A DNA stretch of 64,000 bases from assembly GCA_013239625.1 (NCBI GenBank), contig MU053645.1:1604274-1668273 (forward strand). The letters are read 5' to 3'. Position 1 is the first letter of the stretch. Every line of letters begins with the position of its first letter. Source of the stretch: Lama guanicoe (taxonomy: Eukaryota). The notes below the pieces were generated by a model. It saw nothing but the letters and a program-made list of their open reading frames with translations, was not told the origin of the DNA and did not search any database. Shown one piece after another: positions 32,200-46,154 of the stretch. The translations under genes and the position numbers were made by a program.

Positions 32200-32760
32200 G
32201 AACCAAGCAATCTGCGTGCCAGGGGGCGTGTCGACGTGCCAGGGGGCGTGTCGACGTGCTAGGGGGGCGTCGATAGTCCAAGGAACAGAGGTGTGAAGGG
32301 GTTAATGCCGGAATTGGGGGGTGGGGCGAACGGGGACGAAGAGGATTGTGGGATATCCGTTGTACGTCGCCCCATGGGCGCCTGGGATATATCCAGTGCG
32401 CGTCTCTATTATTACCGACCCTAAATGGGGGCCAGAGGCGGGTTGGGGTCTAGCCAGTGCCGCCGCAGCTGCTCTCCGAGGCCGCAAGACAGGGGCCATC
32501 GGCCGCGGTCCACGGCGGAGAGAGAGGATGAGGCGGAGGTTTGTAGCACTTGTTTTGAGCTGAAGGCGTAGGCACGTCCTGCCTCCAGCTGCGCAGGAAC
32601 AGGGGAACGGAAGTGAGAGGGGGTAAGAACTAGGGGAAACTGACAGACAGACGGACCGGTCGGCGAGAATTGATGACGTCAATGTCGCAAGTGGGTGTGT
32701 AATCATGTCGTGAAGGTACTGAGATGTATGACTCTTCTGGGTAGTGTTTGGGCGTGGGAG
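32200..32760 (+). promoter_or_regulatory. SLC25A53: CpG-island promoter and probable non-coding exon 1 of SLC25A53 (donor after 32622)
   Basis: Isolated CpG island with no coding ORF; ETS motif CGGAAGT near 32608; donor GG|GTAAGA (GT 32623-32624); palindromic CRE TGACGTCA at 32674-32681. Gene identity is inferred only from recalled human synteny; no SLC25A53 coding sequence is visible. Confidence 0.6.
32215..32273. repeat. 20-bp tandem repeat CGTGCCAGGGGGCGTGTCGA, two perfect copies plus a degenerate third
   Basis: Units at 32215-32234 and 32235-32254; third unit CGTGCTAGGGGGGCGTCGA at 32255-32273. Confidence 0.95.
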
Positions 32761-35289
32761 AGGTTGGGAACACATGAGTGGAGAGTAAAGTCAGCAGGGT
32801 GAAAACGTGTTGTCAGCTAGGCACCAGAACGTACAATCCTACCTATACGGGATGATTTTATTGGAGTGATTTTATTGGGCCCTTGGTTTCAGATTCTGCT
32901 TTTGATGGGCTGGCTGGGTACTGCACTAGAAGCTCTGTATGAGGAAAGGAATTAACCGTTATCCTCGACACTTACTAGACTGTTTTGCACTACTGAGTTT
33001 TGGTTGGTTTATCACAAAGCAATGGTAACCCAAACAGAGGTAGAAATTTTGGTTAACATAAAAGGAATGGAATTAAAGGAGCAAGGAAGGCAAGTAGTTA
33101 TTAGAAGAAAAAACAGACTAATGACATAGCATTTAGTTTTGCTGCTGCTGCTGCTGCTGGGCTCTTTGATCCCAGAAACCCCAGAGTGGGGTTTCAATCT
33201 ATCTGTATTGTTGTAGTATGAATAGTTCTTTTCTTTTTATTGCTGATTAATAGTCCATTTAATGAGTATACCACAACAGGTCCATTCACCTTTTGATGGA
33301 CATTTGATTGTTTTCTTAACTGAACATCTTGCTAAAACTAGCCGAAGTATGTGGGAATTTTCTCTAAGGAAACAAGTAGTAATATTAATTAACACCGGCA
33401 AACTAATCAATGAATAACAAGATTTACTATTATAGTTGCCTATAGTAACAATCCTTTGAGAAAATTCCACTAATCATTTTCAGTCAGTTATCTTGAATTA
33501 TTTATTTAAAAAATAACTTCTATTTTGCTGTGGTTATATGAAGGCTTGCCTCAGTATACCTTATTTGAGGTGTTTACATAAAACACTTTGATGGTGTTAG
33601 TGTTGAAACTGTGAAGACTGCTAGCTCTTTAATCTTCCTTGGTAACTGTACTTAGTAACCAGAAGGTAAGGGACGTTTGCTCTCCTCTCATTGTATGAAG
33701 TTGGAGGAAAACATAGTATTATTTCCAATGACATGTATAGAAATTTTATTTTTTTAATCTGGCAGAATTTGGTTCACTTTTAAAGCCTCCATATGTGTCT
33801 ATATTTTACACACATGTGTAGTTCTTGCTGAGTAACTCATTCTACCTCAAGGTTAGAATAGAAGTCCTAGGACTATTGTTGGAATTCTGTAATTGGTGAG
33901 TACTCAAAGACAGTGGTTATAAATGTTGAGTACAACCACCAGCTGACCTTCTGGTCATGGGCCAAGTACAGAATGTCTCAGTCTCTTGTTTCATTGTAAA
34001 AATTCACGTGAATTGGGTGTTTGGATCTTTCGAATGTGTTCCAGCCACACTGAACTCCCCCATAGGAACCTTGATCATCCTTCTACTGCTGATTCTGCTT
34101 ATTCCCTCTATACATTCTTCCTTGAAAAGTATTTCTGTCCATTCACACATACCCCAATCTTTTGCAACACTCAAGGCCCAAAGTCAGTGCCACTTGTTTG
34201 GAAACCTAGATCGCCTGTTCTCCTCTGCATCATCTTTCCCTGTTGTAAATAGGTTTTCGTGTACAAGGATGATAATGACAGGGACCTTAGGGGGTGTGGT
34301 ATTGTTTACTTATCACAGGTTCTTATCTCATGCATTATATTGATGCATGAAAGGAGAAACACAAAGCCAGAACCCCCCAGCTTTTTCTGTGCTTGTGTTT
34401 TTCCACTGCTCTCTTATACCACTTGTCTCTCCCTGGTAGCAATTCTGAGGACTGTGAGGCAGCTCCCACTGAACTCTTGTTTAGTGTTCTGATAAAAGAA
34501 AAATGTGATGTGCTGGGCACAAAAATATCTTCATTTTATGTAAAAACCTTCTTGGGAAAGTTAGTATTTCTTTAAAATACAAAGGAAAAAAAGCAGAGCT
34601 CATTACTAATTTCTGCCTTTTATTGGCCTTGCTGTGGGCCTAACAACGGGACAATGTGGCTGGGGTCTAGGGTTGCCCAAGAGTTCCTGCTCTCTCGGTG
34701 AAGCTGACCCCAGGTAATGGAAGCCATAGGTGTGACTGAAAACAAGAAATGAGATGGATAAAGCCACATACCCTTTAGCCCCTGTACTCACTGACCTGTG
34801 GTCATCATCCTGGTAACTCCGACCTCAAAACTCACTAAGGAAATCCCCTGCCTCCCTCCCCCTACCTGAATTCTCCCCCCTTTGGCATAGTAGTCTTTTG
34901 TCTCTTTGCCTTTGCTTATTGTGTTATGAAAAAGATACCTTTTCCTTGACTTTATTCTAATGTTTCTTCTCCTGATTCCCACCCCCAGGGCCAAAGTGAC
35001 TTGAACAAATGTATATAGGAAAAGTGTCTCCTTGTCTGTGGTGCCTGAAGGTACAGTTTCTAAGATTTCAACTCTGGGGTGGAGGGACTGAGAACAGAAA
35101 ACCCACTTTGGCCTCAGTGTAGTCCTAAATCACATGACTTATAAGAACCTCTCCATCCGAGGAGTTAAGGGAGCATGCCCAGATGGAGAGTGCAGACTCT
35201 GGAGCAAGACTGCCTGTGTTGCAATCTGGGCTCCACACCCTGTAGGCCTTGATGACCCTGCACAAGTTTCTGCCAACTCAAATCTGCTG

Positions 35290-36680
35290 TTGAGCCCCTC
35301 TAGTAAATGTTTGATGTATTTTTCAACTCCATAATTTTTGTTTGGTTCTTTTAAATAATTTCTGTCTCTTTATTGATATTCTCTATTTGGTGAAGCATCC
35401 TTCTCATACTTTAAATCTTTACACATGGTTTGCTTTAATTAGTTCTTTGAGCATATTTATAATAGGTTATTTGAAGCCTTTGTCTAGTAAGTCTAATGTC
35501 TCAGCTTCTACAGGGACAGTTTTGACTGTCAAAAAATCAATACTGACTGGTTTTCCTGTGTTTGGGCCATTCTTTCTTTTTTTCTTTTTTGTGTGTCTCA
35601 TAATTCGTTGTTTTAAAGTGGACATTTTCAATAATGTGGAAACTCGAAATCACATTCACACTGCCAGGGTTTGTTGCTGTTTTTATTATTGCTATTTGTT
35701 TATTGTCTTCCCTGGACTAATTCTGTAAAGTGTGTGTTTCCTATTGTGTGTAGCCACTGAAGTCTTGCCCAGTTACATCACTAAGCTTGTAGCTTAGATG
35801 TCAGCTGATAATTGGTCAGAGGTTTCCTAAAATGTCTTGAACCAATAACCCTCCCACCTTTTGCATAGGGGCTCTGTGTGTATTGTGGTACACTGTCAGT
35901 GCTCTGGTAAGCAGTTCACAATTCTGCCTTAGCCTTCACTTCCTGTTTTTACAGACTTTCAAGGTTAGCCAGTGGTGAGAGATGAGCACCTTGTCACGTT
36001 ATTCCATGTATTACAGCCTTCCACATGTGTCTACTTTTAGATCCTCAGAAGTGTATCGTAGCTTTTCAAAGACCTTTTTGGACATCTCATTCCCCAGATC
36101 TTCCTTAAAGCTTTTTGGCCAGTCTCTTGTTTTCCCTAACAGGTATTGTGGCCTAGACAGCTGTGATGTTAAACACTTGCCACTAATTGTGTTTGGTAAA
36201 TACCCTGTAGATAGGGCTTTTCCCATTATCTCATTTTTCCTTTTGAGTTGTGTCAAATAACTCCAGGCCATGCCAAGGGATTTTTTTCAGGGAGCTGACA
36301 GACAGATCAAATAGTGGCAGTGCTCTAGGGATGGGAGTTTTTGAGGAGCTCCAAGCTGCTCTGCCCTTTCTCGTGACTGTTAAGCAGCTGGTTTTCATCA
36401 TTTACTGTGGGTACAAGGCTGCTGGTTTTCAAGGCTACCATTTTTCAAGGATACCATTGAGCAGGAGAGAGGGTGATGGGAATAGGAAAGTTAAAAGTCC
36501 CCAAAGATCAGTGTTCTTAGCAAGATTCAGTGGTTTTCTTGAATAAATGCTTCTTGGACTGTCTGCAAGCTTTTAGATAATTTCCAAAGTTCTGAAAACA
36601 TTGATTTTTAACACCTTTTGCCAGTGTTCTCGTTGTTTTGGAGGAGTGGATTTTCCTAGGTTCTTACTATACCATTCCAA
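35290..36680 (-). mobile_element. Old LINE-1 (L1M) 5'/ORF1-region remnant
   Basis: ctgttgagcccctctagtaaat...ttgaagcctttgtctagtaagtctaatgtc... resembles ancient L1 5' regions; highly decayed. Confidence 0.6.
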
Positions 36681-36871
36681 AAGCCCCTACTCACATATTT
36701 TATTCTGTTTAGGGTACAGTTAGATTTCCATATGAAATAACAATTTTGGTGTATGGATATTTGGATCAGAGCATCTTAGCAGTGGGCAGTATTTGGACTA
36801 ACAGTGAAAATGCTGAAGACGGCCTCTTCCTGTGTCTTCAGGACTTAAAAGACTGTCCTGAGCTGAGGCTG

Positions 36872-36907
36872 GGCTGTGATCATGAGTAGGGCTGTGATCA
36901 TGAGTAG
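36872..36907. repeat. 18-bp perfect tandem duplication GGCTGTGATCATGAGTAG x2
   Basis: Units at 36872-36889 and 36890-36907. Confidence 0.9.
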
Positions 36908-37366
36908 GCCAGTGGGTGAGAACTATGGACAGCCAGTGAGATAATGTTGTTTTTTCTTCTAGTAGGCTGTTTCCTTCTATGCTTACAAATACCTGAAAAC
37001 CTTGAGATGTGTTTGAGCCAAACTTCTCCAGGGATGGGCCACCAGTTCCCCTTTACTGTTTACTATATTTCCCAGAAAGTTTATTGGACTTGGACCTTTT
37101 CTTTAGAAAGAATTTGGAAGAGAATGATATTAAAAAGAGGGAAACAAACATTTGTTGAATGAATCAATGAATAGTGGACTGGAGAGATCAAGGAAGGCTT
37201 CCTGCAGGAGGCATGGGATTTGATCTGGTTTTACAAGAATGGGTGCATGTTGGTTACTTGAAGAAAATGGGTGATAAGTAGGAAAGCAGTTAAATTTAAT
37301 GGAACCAACTGAGATTACTATAATTAATTCCCCTCACTGAGCCACTGTAAGAATAAATCCCTGGGA

Positions 37367-38068
37367 ACCCTCCTACACTGTTGATGGGAATGTAAATTGG
37401 TGCAGCCACTGTGGAGAACAGAATGGAGATTCCTTAAAAAACTAAAAATAGAGTTACAGATGATCTAGAAATCCCACTCCTGGGCATATATCTGGATAAA
37501 ACTCTAATTCAAAAAGATACATGCACTCCAGTGTTCATAGCAGCACTATTTACAATAGCCAAGACATGCAAGCAACCTAAATGTCCACTGACAGATGAGT
37601 GGATAAAGAAGATGTGGTATAAATATGTATATACAGTGGACTTACTCAGCCATAAAAAAGAACGAATGCCATTTGCAGTAACAGGGGTAGATCTAGATAG
37701 AGATTATATTAAGTGAAATAAGTCAGAGAAAGACAAATATATGATATTACTTATATGTGGAATCTAAAAGAATGGTACAAATGAACTTATTTACCAAACA
37801 TAAATAGACTCACCAACATAGAAAACAAACTTATAGTTGCCAAAGGGGAAAGGGGGGATAAATTATGGGATTAACAGATATACACTACTTTATAGAAAAT
37901 AGATAAACAAGAACCTACTGTATAGCACAGGGAACTATAATCAGTATCTTGTAATAATCTATAATGGAAAAGAATCTGAAAAAGAATATATATTTGTGTA
38001 ACCGAATCACTTTGCTGTACACCTGAAACGTTGTAAATCAACTATACTTCAATAAATTTTTAAAAAGA
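37367..38068 (+). mobile_element. LINE-1 3' end with 18-bp TSD
   Basis: [44 protein letters not shown](C/T)TGGGA at 37349-37366 and 38069-38086. Confidence 0.9.
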
Positions 38069-38354
38069 AAGAATAAATCCTTGGGAGAAAGCCAGATACT
38101 AGGCAATGATAAAAAAAATAATAATAAGGGAGGAGGCAGTATATCATAGTGGTTAAGAACTCAGGTTCTGATGTCAGATTGCTTAAATTCCAACCCCAGG
38201 TTTTCTGCTTATATGCTTTTTAGCTCTATGATTCTGGGCAATTTTCTTAACCTCTCTGGCTGTATTATCTTAATCTGTGAAATGGTAATACTTTCCTGCC
38301 TCACAGGTTTGGTGAGAAATTAAATGGGATAGTTCATCAATAGTGCAAAATACA

Positions 38355-38765
38355 GGACCTAGAGATTGTCATTCTAAGTGAAGTAAGCCAGAAAGAGAAA
38401 GAAAAATACCGTATACCACTCATATGTGGAATCTAAAAAAAAAGAAGGAAAAAAGAGGACGCTAATGAACTCATCTACAAAACAGAAACAGATTCGCAGA
38501 CATAGTGAACAATCTTATGGTTACCGGAGGAAAGGGAGTGGGAAGGGATAAATTTAGGAGGTTGAGATTTGCAAATGTTAGCAACTGTATATAAAAATAG
38601 ATTTTAAAAATTCTTCTGTATAGCACAGGGAACTATATTCAATATCTTGTAATAACCTTTAGTGAAAAATAATATGAAAAAGAATATATGTATGTGCATG
38701 ACTGGGACATTGTGATGTACACCAGAAACTGACACATTGTAGCTGACTATACTTCAATTAAAACA
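38355..38765 (+). mobile_element. LINE-1 3' UTR fragment inserted in a MIR
   Basis: L1 3' UTR; imperfect TSD AATAGT(G/T)CAAA(A/T)TACA at 38339-38354 and 38766-38781; MIR-like sequence 38130-38340. Confidence 0.85.
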
Positions 38766-38834
38766 AATAGTTCAAATTACAATGCCTTGTACAGAGTGAG
38801 TGCACACCAAAACGCAGCCATATATTTTTTCTGC

Positions 38835-39097
38835 CGGTTTTCTTGAGATATAATTGATGTACAGCACTGTATAACTTTAAGGTGTACAGTACAGTGATTT
38901 GATTTACAGACATCATGAAGTGATTATCACAATAAGTTTAGTGAATATGCATTATCTCATATAGGGACAGAACAAGAAATGGAAAAAGATTCTTTTATTT
39001 GTGATGAGAACTTTTAGGATTTACTCTCTTAATGACTTTGGTATATAACATACAGCAGTGTTAAGTATATTTATCATGTTGTACATTACATCCCTAA
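38835..39097 (-). mobile_element. LINE-1 (L1MA9-like) 3' end
   Basis: ttgagatataattgatgtacagcactgtataactttaaggtgtaca...catgttgtacattacatccc; flanked by repeated GCAGCCATAT. Confidence 0.75.
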
Positions 39098-39237
39098 GGC
39101 AGCCATATTTTTAATCTATGAGTCCAGCCATGAATCCAGATACCAAGTGTACAAAGCTAGAAACCGTGTAGGTATGATCAGAATTGAAATTGTTTTTGAA
39201 TGCTTCCTGCAGTTGCTTTGTTTATTTCTGTTCAGTT

Positions 39238-39315
39238 CACCTTTAGATTTTGGTAACATCTTTTTGAAAATGCTAGCACCTTTAGATTTGGGTAGCATCT
39301 TCTTGAAAATGCTAG
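39238..39315. repeat. 39-bp tandem duplication (3 mismatches)
   Basis: CACCTTTAGATTT(T/G)GGTA(A/G)CATCTT(T/C)TTGAAAATGCTAG at 39238-39276 and 39277-39315. Confidence 0.9.
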
Positions 39316-40060
39316 CATCATGTTAGGAAGAATCATATGGAGTGTTTTTTGTTTATGTTTGAGACAGAACATTAAAGGGAGAGTACTCACTTTGGGGGCA
39401 GAGGGTGCAGGGCTGCAATGAGGCAGGGATCCCACAGAGAGAATCCTCCAGACCTAGGTGAGATTCAGAGGGGTGGAGCCAAGTTCTGGATCAGCTTAAC
39501 CTCCTGCTAGGAGATTCTACTACCTGAGTTTTTCTTTCTCCTTGGGTTTCAGAGGTCCACAGTTTTTATTTATTCCATCATAAAACAGGCATTGGAGTTA
39601 GTGGGGGGTTCAGTAGTATTTTTTTTAAACTAGAGCATGGGCTCTGGACCCAAGAGAGGCTGAATCTGAGCGCTGATATTCCCTAGCTCTGTGACCTTGG
39701 GCAATTTACCTAAACTAACCTTTCTGCACTTCTGCAGGATAATAATATCTATCACATAGAATTATTGTAAGAGTTAAATAAGTTAATACAGGTATATATA
39801 AAAGACTTAGACAAGTTCGTGACATATATTAAGTGCTCAACAAACTACTTTCATAGTGGGTGGGGAAGTGACTATTTTAATTCTCTGTTTACATGTTTAA
39901 TTTTCTGTTTATATGCTCAATTTTTTTCGCCACTTTGTCTCCTATGCCTAATAAGTTTGTTAGGTGAATGAATGAATGCTCACTGGTAAACAATCCTAAT
40001 AAAGTGAGAGATGCTACAAGAGAGCCTGAGTACAAGGCCCTTTGCAGGACATGGAGGATA

Positions 40061-40105
40061 TGCTATGCTATGCTATGCTATGCTATGCTATGCTATGCTA
40101 TGCTA
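40061..40105. repeat. (TGCTA)9 pentanucleotide microsatellite
   Basis: Nine perfect units. Confidence 0.95.
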
Positions 40106-41479
40106 CGCTCAACTCTGAGCAGTTCAGGGAACGTTTGGTTGAGAGGCACTGTTCCCTTCCAGAATTTTCACAGTGCAGTCAGGAACTATGAGAACAAACT
40201 GCATCCTGGAACTAGGAAAAGCAATGCTAGAGAGCCACCAGGTGGCAGTACCGCACAGGGAGTCAAACAGCAGAGGCAATGATGAGCCCTTTCCAGCCAA
40301 GGGTTCATGTTTATGTCTGACACAGTTTTCTCTCCTCTCCACAGAAATTGAAGCTGTGATTTCTTTCCCTTTGTTCTGCTGGTCTTGGAGCACTGCCATT
40401 CCTACTCAAGGCTGCTTGGGAACCATCTGGCACTCTAGCCGCTCGGTCTTTACCAAGCAGAGGAGAGAAACGATGCTGAGTTTCCAGTTCTTCAAACACT
40501 GGGCTTCTAACTCCCACATTACTGATCTATTTCTCTTGCTCTGCCCTGGATGGAATTACAAGGGTGAGTGGAGAAGTAAAACTAACATTTTTTGAGACAG
40601 CAGGCACTATATCAGAAATTTTATATAATCAAAATCACGTCATTGAATTGCCACAGAATGCTAAGATTAATTTTGTCATTTATTTTATCCATCGTCTTGC
40701 TTCAGCAATTATTAACATGTGTGGCCAGTCTTGTTTCAGCTATACTCCTCACCTAACACCACTGGATTATTTTCAGGCAAATCCCAGATGATTTTTCATT
40801 TTATAATTTCATTTTTCTGTACTTTCTTATATACTTCTAAAAGATGAGGACTTTTAACACACCATAGTACCATTATAACATTAAAAACCCCAACCAACAA
40901 CAATACCCTAACATTATCAAATATACACATAGAGTTCAAATTTACCTGGTTGTCTCAGTTTTTTAATTGCATTTGGTTAATTCAAATTAGGATTCAAACA
41001 AAGACTGTAGATTGAATTCATTTGATACCTGAGCTGTAGGCCATTTTACATAGAGGAAAACTGAGGATCAGAGAAGTTCATCTGTTCAGTATTCAAAAAT
41101 GATTCTCTGTTGAATCAGACCTGGTACCAGATGTTGGGGAAACAAAGATTAGGAAGACCCAAGTCTCTGCTTCAAGAAACTGCATTGTATGCTCCTGTAA
41201 TGCTATGTGAATATATCTATCACAGGACTTAATACATTATGTTATTAGTATGTGGTTATGCATCTGACTTCCCAGATAGGTGGCAAATCCTTAAAAGGCA
41301 GGGGCCAGTTCATGGCCAACATTGCATTCCTAATACTTAGCCTAGCCCCTGGTACATAGTAGGTATTTAACAGCTATGGAGAAAGGAATCATTTTGTCTG
41401 ACTGGGCCTTGGGAACCAGTGAAGAGTTTCCAGCAGGGCAGTAGCATGATAAGTTTATCGCAGTAGGGAGGTGGTACAT

Positions 41480-44400
41480 GTCATCATTTGGATGGGAGGC
41501 TTGACAGGCTGGAGGCAGAGAAGGGACTATTGTGGAGTTCATGCTAAAGAGGGTGAGAGCCAAACTAACGCAATGGCAATGAGTGTGGAAAGGAGATGGA
41601 CTGGAGAGTTACTGAGGATGTGAATTTGGCAGTCTTGGTAACTTCTTAGTTGTAGAGAATAAAAGAAAATGGAGAGTTACAGGTTTCTGCTTTCCGTGAT
41701 GGTGGTGCCACCAATTGATTCAGAGTAAAGAAGAGAAGCGAGTTTGGAGTAGAAGATGAATCCCGTTTAGGGACATGTTAAGGTTGTATCTATGTGATCT
41801 TCAGGAGACACTCCCCATTAGGATGTGTGAGACCAGTGCCCAGGCAGGGAGGTCAGGAGTGAAGATCAGGGAATCACAGCATGTTGGTGGAGCTTGAAAG
41901 TCTGGCAGGGGATGCCATCACTCAAGAAGAAGACATGTAGTGAGACTGGGAGTGGACTAAGGAGGGAACCCCGACACTTACCAAGGGGGTGGAGAATGAG
42001 AAGCCCATGAGAAAGATGGAAAAGGAACAGCCAGGAGATTGGAAGAAAACCAGGAGAGTGTGGTGCCACAGAAACCGAGGGAGGAAAGAGTTCAGGAGGG
42101 AGGGCAAGCCAGTGGTTGGCATTCTTGAGGCAGGTAAGGAGGGGATGGTAGAAAATAGTTCAGTGCTGCGGCCAGGGTGTGGTTGGTGGTGGATAAGTGG
42201 CAGGAGGTGAGCCTAGAAAGGCCAGTTGGGCCCTCATCCAAAAGGGCCTTGGTGTTAAGACTTCATTCTGTAGATAATGGGGAGTCATCAAGAGGTTTCA
42301 AGCAGGAGTGACCTGGTCAGATCGGGGTGCTCTAGAAAGGTCAGCCTGAGGCAGCATGGAGGTTGCTGTGAAGGAATGAGGCTGAAGACAGGACTTCTTG
42401 GAGTGGAATAAAGTGGCACTTGGGCTGTCAAGGTACAGACTATCTTACAGAATGTTTAGTAGATAAAATGGGCAGGCATTGAAAACAGCTAACACTGAGC
42501 ACTTATCATGTGCCAGGCACTGTTCTCAGTGCTTATGTGAATTATCTCACGCAGTTCTCACAACCAATCTGTGGGTAGGTAACATTACCCACATTTTATG
42601 CCTGAGGAAACTGAGGTACAGAGAGAAAAAGCAATCTGCTGAGGATCGCAGATCTGGTAAATGACACAGCCTAGATCCGAGTCCAGGTGGTTGTTTCTAG
42701 CCCACTCTAACCTGTTTCACTGTATGCCGCTCTTAAACTCTAGATTGTTTTGCCTTGATCAGATGTGTTAGGATTCAGTTCAGCTGTGAGCTCTCAGCCA
42801 TCCAAAATAACAGTGGATTAAACAGGAAAGAAATTCATTTCACTTTCATGTTAAACCCTGAAGGGTTGAATGGCCTATCATCGTCACAGGATGACACTTG
42901 TCCCCATAGTACAAGGTAGAGCTCCAACCATCACATCCATGCTCTAAGCAGAAAATGCCGGGTAGGAGGAAGGGAAGAAGGTTCCTCCACAGGTTCCAGC
43001 TGATGAAACCCTGAATTGTGTCTTCTGGTAAAGACTGTTTTACTCATCTGTCAGGTCACTGACTGAGGCCTGCTCTGGGGCTAAAAGCCTTAAAAATAGG
43101 AAATCTCACCTAGTTCTAATCCTATCTTTTAAGTGTACGTTCTCTTCCAGTTTCTGCCTGCTTCAGGTTGTTTGTCAATACTTTCAGGTAGTTGTTTTTT
43201 AAGGGTTTGTCTGGAGTATATCGTTGTTATATCTAAAGGGAAGGTGGGCTGGATAGAAGCTACTCAGTCATTTCCCGGAAGCCAGAACCTGCCTGATCAC
43301 TGTTATATAACCTATGGCCACTGTAGCAAGAATGTTCTAGTTGGGTAGTAAGAAATTATACCGAGATTCTATCCAGATGTTCCCTCTCAGTGATGTGGCT
43401 TGATAAAGGCAGTTTTATAACCATATTAAATGTGATAAAGTTTCAGGATGACGGGTTTGGAGATATAAGAAGCTTAATAAGCCCCAACGTTGGCTTTCTC
43501 ATGAGCTGAAATACCATCACTCTGGACAGGCCGAATCTCACTGCTACCAACCTGAGTGCCTCTTCGCATGAGGAGATTCACTCTAAATATTCCCTATCCT
43601 GGTATGTCCTGGCCACCTCTGCTTTAAAAAAATTATCAGAGTTTATTATAGTAAATGTAACTTCTATACAATTTATAGATCAGAATGAGAGGCCAAAACC
43701 TTTACCCAGTCCTCTGCCAGATCTACTATCTGGGATGGAGAAGAGTGGATAAATTGAAAAGCTTTTTAGCAGGTTGAATGGTCATGGATTGGTGACAAAG
43801 TATATGAGGGAGAATTAGAGGGTAGAGTTAAGGATGACTTCCAGGTTTCTGCCTTGGGCATCTGGAAGGATGGTCAGTACAAAATAGAGAATATAAGAAA
43901 GAGAGCACGTTTAAGGGGAAAGATGAATTCATCTTTGACCATGTTTGAGGTACCTGTGGGAGGGAGTCAGAATACATATGAGTCTGGAGGACTAGAGAGA
44001 GATATCGGATGGAGATATATATTGGGGAATCTCCAGTGGGTAAGTGATAGATGAGGCCATGGGTATAGATGATATAGCCAGATAGCATCTTCAGGGTGAG
44101 AGAAGAATTGATGACAAAGCCCAGTAGTTAAAGGGGAGAGCATAAGGAATGAGTCCCTTTAGAAAACTGAGAAACAGCCAGAAAATTCAAAGGCAGACAA
44201 GGAAATGTGGTATACAAAAGACAAGGGACGAGAATTTCACGAAGGGGTTGGTGGTCAGTAGGGTCCAGTTCAGCAGAAAAAGCAAACAAAGCAAGTACTA
44301 AGAAGCATGCATTGGATTTAACAACTAAGAGGTCTTTGCCTCAGATTGCAGTTTCAGTGGAGTGGCAGAGTGTTGCCAAAGTACAGTTTGGGGAGTGTAC

Positions 44401-46130
44401 AGGGGTGGTAGACTTTAACACGTGTTTCCTGTTAACCGTTCCTCCCAGTAATCATACTTCTGTATAGTCCCTTAGTCTTGAATCTGGTAGGCTCTGTAAG
44501 TAGGTTTGACTGATAGAATGCAGGAAAGTGATGCTGCCTGACTTACAAGGGTAGGTCATGAGAAGCTGTGCAGCTTTTGCCTTGGTCTTTTGGAGCCCTG
44601 AGCAATCATGTACGGAGTCTGACCTCCCTGCTAGAGAGACTACGTGGAGAGATGGTGAGACGACATGGAGAGAGAGAGAAGCCCAGCTGCACCCAGCATT
44701 CCAGATACCCCTCCCAGGTGCCAGACGTGAAGGAAACCATGTTGGATCTACCAGATCAACCTTGCTACCAACTGGATACCACTGAGTGACTCCAGTAGAT
44801 GTCATGTGGGGCAGAAGAATTGTCCAGTAAGCCTTGCCCAAATTTCTCACCCACCCAATCATGAGTATAATAAAATGATTATTGATTTCAGCCCCAGGTT
44901 TTGTGGGTGGTTTATTGCACAGCAATGTATAACTGGAACATTGAGCATTGAGGTAACAGAGATTGTATATGCGTGTTGTACTTCTGATAAGCTTGGAAGA
45001 TGGCAGCTAGAAGGTCTCACAAGATTGTGGGAGGATTTTTTAAAAGATGGTGGAGACTTCAGAATGTTCACATGCTGATGGGGAAGGAGCTAGGAGAAAG
45101 AGGATTGAAAATGTGGAAGAGAGAGGCAATGGCTGGTACATGAGGTTTCTGAGAAGGGAAAGGATGAGATCCAAAACTCCAGGGAAAGAACTGATCTTGG
45201 CTGTAAGGGTAGTGGGGCACTTTAGCCTCTAAACTAGGAGATGTCTGCCTTCCTATGGATCTTTAAAAAGTTTTCCGATCGACTAAGCCTGAGAGAATAT
45301 ATGGAAGTTAGCTGGACAGTAATGGATCTCCCAAGAACTGGTTAATTGAGGTACTGTCTCTGGCTTACTCACTTAACCCAGACCGAAAAGTGACTAGAAT
45401 TCACATCCTTATTTCTGTTTTTCCTCTGTTGACTAAGAGCTTATTCTGTCTACTGAGAATGTCGGAAACAGGGATAGGTGTCAGGCTTGAAGATTGTGAT
45501 AAAGATTTGGAAAAGCTGTTGTGAGAAATAAGAGCAGAAAGTAACTAAAGTTTTGTGGGAGGATTTCCAGGCAGTATTAGATTGAAAGCCACAAGAAAAT
45601 GAGATTGCACTGATTATTATACCTGTGATATTTTTTATCAGCTCTTAGAAGCCATGACATAAGATAGAAAAAAAGTCCTTGCATGGATTCAAAGCTGATG
45701 TCTTCAGGGCAAAGTTTGATGAGAATATTGGTCAGAGAGGTTGAAGTGATTGATTATAAGATGTAGAATAAATAAGCAAGGAAGTGGGAAGCCATGCTTG
45801 GAGAAAAATGGAGGGATCGAGGAGGTCTTTATGAGGTTGAAGAGTAAGTGCAATGGGAATAGGAGTGAGAATGAGCTGGAGAGACAGAAATAGACTAAAA
45901 TGCATTGTTTCAAGGATAAAGAATTCTAGGTGACCACAAAGTTCAGGGTATGACCATGGAGGAAGGTCATTGGAGACAAGATGATCAAGGGAATGAGAGG
46001 CCTGGATGTTGTATGAGTAAAAATGTGGACCTTGAAATCACTTAAGATAATGGAAAAACAGGCTTAGGAAAGAAATTAATTGAGATGCCATATCCCTTAA
46101 TGAATGTAAGGGAGTGAACAGAGTTCAGAA
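41480..46130 (-). mobile_element. Cluster of LINE-2 remnants interleaved with MIR (about 42485-42720) and LTR pieces
   Basis: Purine-rich L2-type segments, e.g. aaggatgacttccaggtttctg and gaccatgtttgaggtacctgtggg; boundaries approximate. Confidence 0.6.
44405..44940 (+). mobile_element. MLT1F/G-like MaLR LTR
   Basis: ...ccaggtgccagacgtgaaggaaaccatgttggat...gcagaagaattgtccag...gtggtttattgcacagcaatgtataactggaaca. Confidence 0.7.
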
Positions 46131-46154
46131 GCTGACAAAGCAAAAAGGCTGTGA

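Noticed and set aside
32215..32273. CRISPR-like array
   Set aside because: Head-to-tail tandem repeat without unique spacers, in mammalian DNA.
39968..40282. ORF with CYAML repeats
   Set aside because: Translation of the (TGCTA)9 microsatellite.
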